Below, in pieces: positions 13,454-20,000 of a stretch of 20,000 nucleotides of DNA. The translations under genes and the position numbers were made by a program. The first letter of the stretch is position 1; every line of letters begins with the position of its first letter. The DNA is from Seison nebaliae. Taxonomy: Eukaryota. The notes under the pieces were generated by a model that was not told the origin of the DNA, searched no databases, and saw only the letters and a list, made by a program, of their open reading frames with translations. The stretch spans positions 58,012-78,011 of the forward strand of contig JALJEE010000288.1 in assembly GCA_023231475.1 (NCBI GenBank), in the 5' to 3' direction.

Positions 13454-13575
13454 AACAAATCTAAACGACTACTACACAATCCAACAAATAGATCGATAAA
13501 TAAATGGTGCAGTTATAGAATAATGAGTCACCTCTGATCAGACATATCAACCAAATAACTTAATAAAATTTTTAC

Positions 13576-13650
13576 CGATCAACTCTAAGACTTAAGGTGA
13601 ATCAATGAATTTGGTATAACTGAAGCGATTGTACAAGAACAGATGCGAAT
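13576..13650 (-). other. Probable non-coding 5' UTR exon of the BET gene
   Basis: On the minus strand it is flanked by a pyrimidine-rich acceptor (tttttctcatcattag) and a GTAAAA donor, with stops in all three frames. A further acceptor (cgtttag) lies 7 nt before the ATG at 13453. Confidence 0.4.
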
Positions 13651-13885
13651 CTAATGATGAGAAAAATTGAAAAAATTAATTTCATATTTTATTTCAAAAA
13701 AATTTTAAAGAATTTAAAAGCTAAAAATTTGGAAGAGAGTGACAAATGAAAAATTTATTCAATTTGAATTGTCAAACAACAACAGTTCGTTAATGGAGGA
13801 TGAGAGATTTAAAAAATCATCCTTCCAAGATATATGAGCTTACATGTGATCTAAAAAGACACATTCATACATACTCACACATATG

Positions 13886-13903
13886 TATACATACATACAT
13901 ACA
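13886..13903. repeat. (TACA)n microsatellite
   Basis: tatacatacatacataca read directly. Confidence 0.7.
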
Positions 13904-14768
13904 TCAATACATTACTATGTGAAAAACAAGGAATATTGGTTAAAGGAAAAGAAATGTGATAAACATGTATACAATGTAGATGACTGGAAGAAGAGGATGT
14001 AAAGGAAATTAAACACTCATATGACTTGTGAATGAAATAAATAAAAAGAAATTTTTACAATTCCATTTATAGAAAAATGAAGAAAAAGAAATATCCCTTT
14101 TTATAATTCGTTTCATTCATACGTGTCAAATAGAAATAGAGAATAGGTTTTATCCTCTCTCCCTCCTGTATGAGAAGGTGACAAATATGAGAAGAGGAGT
14201 CCAATAAATAAATTTATCTTACTTCTCTTCTTGTACTTAGGCTTTGGAGATTCTCAATTATGTACACTTCTCCCTTCTCTCTTTTCATTCTCTCTATGTC
14301 TCTAGATAGAATTCTAATGAAATGCCAACGATAATTCGATCAAATAAATAATATTTATTTATTTATGTGCATAAATATTGTGAAATGATAAAATATATTA
14401 TCTATGTACATCAATCACTCCATTGGTTGAAGAAGAAATTGATAAGGGGAAGAGAGGTAAGAAATGGAAAGGAGAGGGAAATAAATGAAGAGAAAGCAAA
14501 AATAATCAAAAATATTTACATCTTCTCTCAGTTGTATAAACAGAAGGACATAAATGGAGAAGTATTAATGTCCATATATAAATCTGTATATATGAAAAGT
14601 GAGTAGTTATTAAATGTTTTTGATTAGTTTCACTGTTCAATTTATTTCCCTAAGCGTATAGGACGGACATAATCCAATAATCTGTGGAGTGATAATGGAA
14701 GAAGGAGAATGGAGGACATGTGAAATGGTTGTAGAAAAATGAAAAAAAGGACATTGGATAATATATAG

Positions 14769-14785
14769 ACACACACACACACACA
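14769..14785. repeat. (AC)n microsatellite
   Basis: acacacacacacacaca read directly. Confidence 0.8.
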
Positions 14786-15577
14786 ATTCCCTACAAATGC
14801 TCTGTCCCTGAAATTGTTTGTGCATTTATGCAAACATCTGTATCCGAATTTGAATGAATAATTTCAAATATGAGACAGACCATTAACTAAAAGGCCTATG
14901 GTGAGTATGTTTGGGGAGATTTCATTTTGCATCGTTCAATTACTTGGCTTTGAACTTTCGTCATTCTAAACGTCATTAAGCTTTTATACTTTTACCTTTT
15001 CACGCTTCGCATGTACATCGCAATTTTTGGTACACGTAAAAAAAATGCAGATATGTAACCCATTCGCAATGCAATGTAAAAGATTCAATCCATTTCAAAA
15101 CAGTACAAGGGAAATTTTTACATTTCTTATTCATTTTATTCCAATCGTCACATCAATTTCGTTCAATATCTATATCTTCCTCAATCATTTTCATCAGCCA
15201 CTTCAGTCAGTCAGTCAGATAAAAATCTAAAAAAATTATGTAGTTACAAACTTCTCTAGTGTCACACAACTTCAACAATGTTCCACAATCCACAACAGTA
15301 TTGCCGTTGTCATTTAGAATGAAATTTTTGAATTTCATTAATCTTTATGATAAATTTCGATGTAAGACCAAAATCACAATGATATTGTTCAGTCAAAATC
15401 TTGTTCCATTTAAAGTGAAGGAGAACAAGAGATCAATAAATGTTGTGATTCTAATGGTCATTCTAAGATATATTTCATTCTTTTCAGACATCCCAAATTA
15501 CAAACAGATAAAACATACTTCATCATCCACATCATCCATATCATCATCAAAAATATTATTATTATTCAGATCAGATA

Positions 15578-16175
15578 ATGTCTCGACGTAATCATACACT
15601 TCACGTGAGGAACATTTCTACTCGTGCCACTTATGAGGATTTGAAGAAGGAATTCGAACGTTATGGACGTGTTCTTGATGTTACTATTCCAACCAATTAT
15701 TACACACGAGAACCAAAAGGATATGCTTTCATCGAATTTGAGGATCATCGTGATGCATCAGAAGCTGTACAAGAATTGCATGAGAAATCTTTTATGAATC
15801 ACACACTCCACATCGAATTTGCACGTGGAACTAGGAAAAGTATATTTTTTTCTAATTCATAAAATTCAATTTTTTTTTTATTTCAAAAAGCATCGGATCA
15901 AATGCGCAGTCGAGACTATCGTCATAGTCGATATAGGCCACGATCCAGATCCCATTCTCGAACTCGTTCTCCCAGGTTAATTTTTTGTTGATCTAAACAA
16001 CTTAAAATTAATTCTATTATTCAGTCCAAGAGGAAGCTATCAGAGACATGACAACTATAAATATGACAGATATAAAAGTCGGTACAGTGGCCGATACAGC
16101 CGAGATAGACACAGTCATGAAAGATTACCAAGTAGATCGCGTGATGGTCCATCCCCACCATTGGATTCGGACTAA
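15578..16175 (+). CDS. SRSF10: SR splicing factor, SRSF10/SRSF12-like (single RRM plus RS domain), 165 aa, 3 exons
   Basis: Exons 15578-15839, 15891-15975, 16025-16175 (introns 51 and 49 bp). RRM with LHVRNI (RNP2), IPTNYYTREPKGYAFIEFED (RNP1) and EFARGTRKTSDQM, which matches the SRSF10/12 signature QFAQGDRKTPxQM. Followed by RSRSHSRTRSPSPR and a Tyr/Arg/Ser-rich tail. Confidence 0.9.
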
Positions 16176-16337
16176 ATATTGGAAGTTTTTAACAACTTAT
16201 TCCTATGGGGAAAACTTTTCAATTTTTAGATGGCAACCGAAATAATTTAATTCATTTTTAATTTACTTATAGTCACTAATGATTGAAATATTCATTTTTC
16301 AATAATCCTTTTTCTTATTATGTTTCATTAAAATGTC

Positions 16338-16343
16338 AATAAA
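16338..16343 (+). terminator. Candidate polyadenylation signal of the SR gene
   Basis: AATAAA ~160 nt after the stop at 16175. Weak evidence in AT-rich DNA. Confidence 0.45.
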
Positions 16344-16706
16344 ATGTTTAAATGAATTTTTAAGTTTGAAATTATTGAGTAAAAATGGAATGTGATTTAT
16401 TAAATTTTAAGAACAATCGAGAAAAGGAAAGCCATCTATTTAAAAATTGAATATGTTTGGGAAGAACTAAACTCTTAAAAAGCTGTAAACGTGATTAATT
16501 ATATTAAATATAATATTAGAATATATATATTATAATATAGAAAATATTATAATTTCATATAAAAATTAGAATTATTCTAATAATTAAAGATTAAATATAT
16601 TTGCTAAATTTAATATTTGCAATTTAACAACTTAATACCTAAAATCTTCCATATTAAAAAAAAATGAAGATAGTTCAAGGAAAATAAAATGTATCTTAAA
16701 AATAAA

Positions 16707-17015
16707 TATTTTTTTGCCACTCTGATTTATTAAAATCAGTGATTTCGCCACCTTTTATATATACAAACGGTGATTTAGCCACCCATATTCGATAAAAGAA
16801 GGGTGGCGAAATCACCGTTTTTAATAAAGCAGGGTGGTGAATTGACCGTTTTCTTATACAAAGGTGGCGAAATCACCGTTTTTAATAAAACTGGGTGGCA
16901 AAATCACCGTTTTCCTACAGAAAGATGGTGAAATCACCGTTTTGTGGGTAGCAAAATCACCGTTTTGAACAAAATACCGTGGCAAAAAAATAGGCTGGCG
17001 AAATCACCGTGATTC
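16707..17015. mobile_element. Foldback/MITE-like non-autonomous element built from ~30-31 bp subrepeats in inverted arms
   Basis: Core GGTGGCGAAATCACCGTTT occurs in reverse orientation at ~16707-16784 and forward at ~16801, 16832, 16862, 16893, 16923, 16946 and 16993. Perfect 14-bp inverted pair tatttttttgccac (16707-16720) and gtggcaaaaaaata (16979-16992). Confidence 0.75.
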
Positions 17016-17083
17016 AATTCTAAATATCTTTTCTTTTTTTAGACATTGCTTTTCTAATTCATTAAAATTTTTCAGTAGGATGT

Positions 17084-17955
17084 GGTGAGAACTTCAACTT
17101 TGAGAAGTTGTTCAATTTTCAAAATGAAAAGATTATGGACAAGAACTTGGCGGAAATTAATTCCGAACTCGAACGATTAAGAGAAGAATTAAAAGAAATT
17201 AATGGAAAATTATCCACGAAAATAATGAAGAACTTTTATTCGAAACAATGAAAGATATTAATTTCGATGAAGATGATGAAGATAATTCGATTATTGATGA
17301 GACAATATATGATCTGAAATCAGATAAGGAAAATGGTGAAAAAGTTGTGCTTGGAAAACAATCGATTACTCCGAATTATTGTGATGGTGAAACAATAATT
17401 TTTGATGAAGATAATGATCTTCGAAAGGATAATGGAAATGATAAAATTATAATAAATTCTTCTGATGATATTAACGAAAGTTTAATTATTGAATCGGACG
17501 AAGAAGATTAGTTGATTAAAAAAGGTGAAGAAGTTCCAGTTTTTGATAAAAATGAAGAAGATAGATTGAATAACAATGATGAAAAATTTCCAGTTATTGA
17601 TGAAGATGAAGAAGATAAATTGAATGAGAAGAATGAAGAAGATACAGTGATAAATGAAGATGAAGAAGATGGAGTAATTGAAGAAGAAATTATTGACGAT
17701 GATGAGAAATGTGAGGAACAGAAAGAAGTTTCTATTTTAGAAAAATCCTTAAATTATGATAATTGTTTCCTTGAAGAAACGGAAATTATTTCTCATAAGG
17801 ATAATTCACAGAAAGAAAATGAAGACGATAATGATATAATTGAGGAAGCGATATTCCTCAATAATTTTTCAAAATTTGATCATTCTACAATCAGTTCGAA
17901 TATTTCGACAGAAGTAGAGAAGACCGTAAAGAATTACTCCAACTATCTCTATTGA
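17084..17955 (+). pseudogene. Disrupted Asp/Glu-rich low-complexity ORF with an N-terminal coiled-coil-like segment and 18-aa tandem repeats
   Basis: MDKNLAEINSELERLREELKEINGKL connects by an apparent frameshift near 17215-17220 to ENNEELLFETMKDINFDED. In-frame TAG at 17509-17511 separates two same-frame ORFs (17248-17511, 17512-17955). Repeats PVFDKNEEDRLNNNDEKF / PVIDEDEEDKLNEKNEED. Confidence 0.55.
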
Positions 17956-19019
17956 AGAATTTAAAGAATTCTTTCAGTCTTCCATGTTTGATTCTCTTTT
18001 ATTACGTCGGGGGGTGAATACTTCTCAATCATATCATACAATTGTCACTGAGAGTGAAGTTCGTTTCGCATTATCTCTAATGAATTTGAAGAAATCACAT
18101 GGTGAGGATAACGTCTGCTTATGTATTGTAGAGAAATTGAAGGAGTCATCATTTCAATTGATAGTGCAATATATAAATGACGTATTGACTGCAAAAGTCT
18201 TTTAAAATCGCGATTTGCGTACGAATTCGCGTTATTGCGTACGCAGATGATATCCTCATTTGCACGAATAACGTTCGTCAGTGTAAAAGAGTTGTGGCTT
18301 TCATCAGTGATCGTTTAGCTATTGTAGGAATCAAATGTAATCAGAGTAAGTCATCAATTATCTCAAATATTTCTACATTTCCAATACGTTATGACTTAGA
18401 GAAATTGGTGTCTAAGGAAGTGTGTTTCCTGGGATGTCAAATCGACTCGAAGAGAAGAAGTTCAGCACTTGTAGATCGCGTAAGATGTAAATTCCTTAGA
18501 TCTTTCTACTCCTTCCATCATCGCTGCAAAATTTTCTCTCTTAAATTGAAACTGAATCTATTTGTCTGTTACTGTTGCGACTTCTATGGATTGCCAGTTT
18601 CCATTTCGAATACTGATAAGTCATTACGATGTCTTGATCGAACATATAATAGATCAGTTCGGATGATGCTCGGTTGTCATAGGCCTTTCAATAGAGCATT
18701 TATGTTCACGATTTGCGAATTGACTCCTTTGCCATTACTCCTGGCACAGAGGTATCTGAAAGTAGTTGATTCTGTTCGCAGTTCAACTCTTTCAGTTCTC
18801 TTTTGTTCAACGTATACACAATGTGAGAGCTTCTCGTCACCTCTCAAATTTTTCTACCGTTATTACTCGTTAAATTATCCTCTTTCAATGGAGGACGCTT
18901 TATCGGTGACATCTAATTTTGATTTGTCAAAGGTGGTCAAAAATCGATCTTATTTTTTTGGTCGAATTTTCTATTGAAATTTATCTTACGTAGCATACAA
19001 ATGCAGAGCCAAAAAAAAA
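17930..19019 (+). mobile_element. 5'-truncated, internally deleted non-LTR retrotransposon (LINE) reverse transcriptase remnant
   Basis: VTESEVRFALSLMNLKKSHGEDNV is the pre-RT motif (ITxxEVxxAL...KSPGxDGI). In another frame: IAYADDILI (YADD at 18240-18251), GIKCNQSKS, VCFLGCQID, LKLNLFVCYCCDFYG, NRSVRMMLG, stop at 18977. A9 run at 19011-19019 may be a poly(A) remnant. Confidence 0.88.
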
Positions 19020-19554
19020 CAATAACATTTATATCGAGATTTCCACCTTCTTCCGATTTAATTAAAATAAAATAATAAATCTTCCATTGATTAAAAAGCG
19101 AATGCCGGACTCTAATAAAGACTCTCGTACGGATGAATCTCTCGGACCTAAACCGATCCTAACCGATTCACGCGAAACGCAACATGGCGACCACGCTAAT
19201 GACTTTAGAAACATAATATTACTATACTATTATGAAAATGTGCTTCCATTTACTTTAAATTCAATACGTTGAAATTAACATATTGACGAAGTAAGTTTAT
19301 TAGAATTTTATTTATAACATTTTTAAATAAAAGAGCTAAATTTTCCATAACAGAAAGATGTACGTAAGGTTTTAACTATATAAATAAAAATTTTATAGTG
19401 GAATCACACTTTCTTTATCTTTAGATGTTACGTAAGGAACTATAATTAAAAGTAATTTCAAAGGAAAGAAGAATTTAACGATCATACTTTTAGGGATCAT
19501 TTCTATAGTATGTATTGTTCTAACCTTTTTTAAAGGTGATCTTTAGTTCAATCC

Positions 19555-20000
19555 ATGATGATGAGCTATGAGACAGTTTCCAAAACGTGATTTGCAATTT
19601 ATCATTCAAGGATTTTTGCGTAATGATCAGCTCGATTTAATTTTGCTTAAATTGGGTGGAAATTGTTTGTTCAGAGTGGATATTTAAAATTAATTAAACT
19701 TTCTTATATATTAATAACCAAAAGAAGCCCAAATGGGAAGAAGTTCTTTAAAATTTACGTTTATGCTAATGCTCGTCTCGACACTATCCACAACAAAAGT
19801 AATTTTTATCTAAAATTTTCATTTAGATAATTATAATATAATTCCGGGTGACTTTAACTTATCTCCAATGGACATAGAATTGCTGTTGATCAGTGGAAAG
19901 AATCTCTTATCAAAATTCGACTGTCTCTTTATCGATCTCGAAGTTCTTGATAAAAATTCTTTCTCGTTTCATTCGGCAATTGGGAAGTCTTGGATTGATC
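19555..20000 (+). mobile_element. Decayed apurinic-like endonuclease (APE) domain of a non-LTR retrotransposon; runs off the right edge
   Basis: Motifs in the expected order across stops and frameshifts: LDLILL (~19632-19649), IYVYAN (VYA at 19759-19767), NIIPGDFN (GDFN at 19847-19858), and SF...KSWID (19988-19999). Confidence 0.65.

Noticed and set aside
14880..15030. Spliced-leader RNA or snRNA (ATG/GTGAGT donor plus AATTTTTGG Sm-like site at 15022-15030)
   Set aside because: The donor-to-Sm distance is ~120 nt, longer than typical SL RNAs; no convincing stem-loops or recognisable snRNA motifs.
16707..17015. CRISPR-like repeat-spacer appearance
   Set aside because: Linkers are only ~11 bp and alternate between two types, repeats occur in both orientations, no cas genes are present, and the context is eukaryotic.
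17509..17511. Stop-codon readthrough or reassignment at the TAG
   Set aside because: A second lesion (frameshift) exists in the same ORF and the intact genes translate with the standard code; simple decay is more parsimonious.
19358..19576. Microexon-containing host gene (GTAAGG and GTATGT donors, tttag acceptors)
   Set aside because: Could not be extended into a convincing spliced frame; downstream sequence is better explained as a decayed APE endonuclease. Not fully excluded.

Overview
AT-rich eukaryotic (metazoan) genomic DNA from a compact genome with very short GT-AG introns (41-101 bp); no prokaryotic features. I assembled four spliced gene models by hand: the 5' part of a Collier/Olf/EBF (COE) transcription factor (minus strand, runs off the left edge), a ~809-aa DEG/ENaC channel subunit (minus), a ~926-aa BET-family protein with one bromodomain plus an ET domain (minus), and a 165-aa SRSF10/12-like splicing factor (plus, divergent from BET). 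About 5 kb of non-coding DNA lies upstream of COE. The last ~3.3 kb is a degraded mobile-DNA cluster: a foldback/MITE-like repeat array, a disrupted acidic repeat ORF, an internally deleted non-LTR reverse transcriptase, and a decayed APE endonuclease. The most notable observations are: +3 T donors (GTT) in 24 of 27 modelled introns, a BET gene apparently lacking BD1, a Cys at the amiloride-binding position of the DEG/ENaC pore, and a 16-nt perfect complement to miR-9 inside the BET coding sequence. I found no clearly new multi-gene system. All exon models are manual and unverified by RNA data; family comparisons are from recalled consensus motifs, not database searches.
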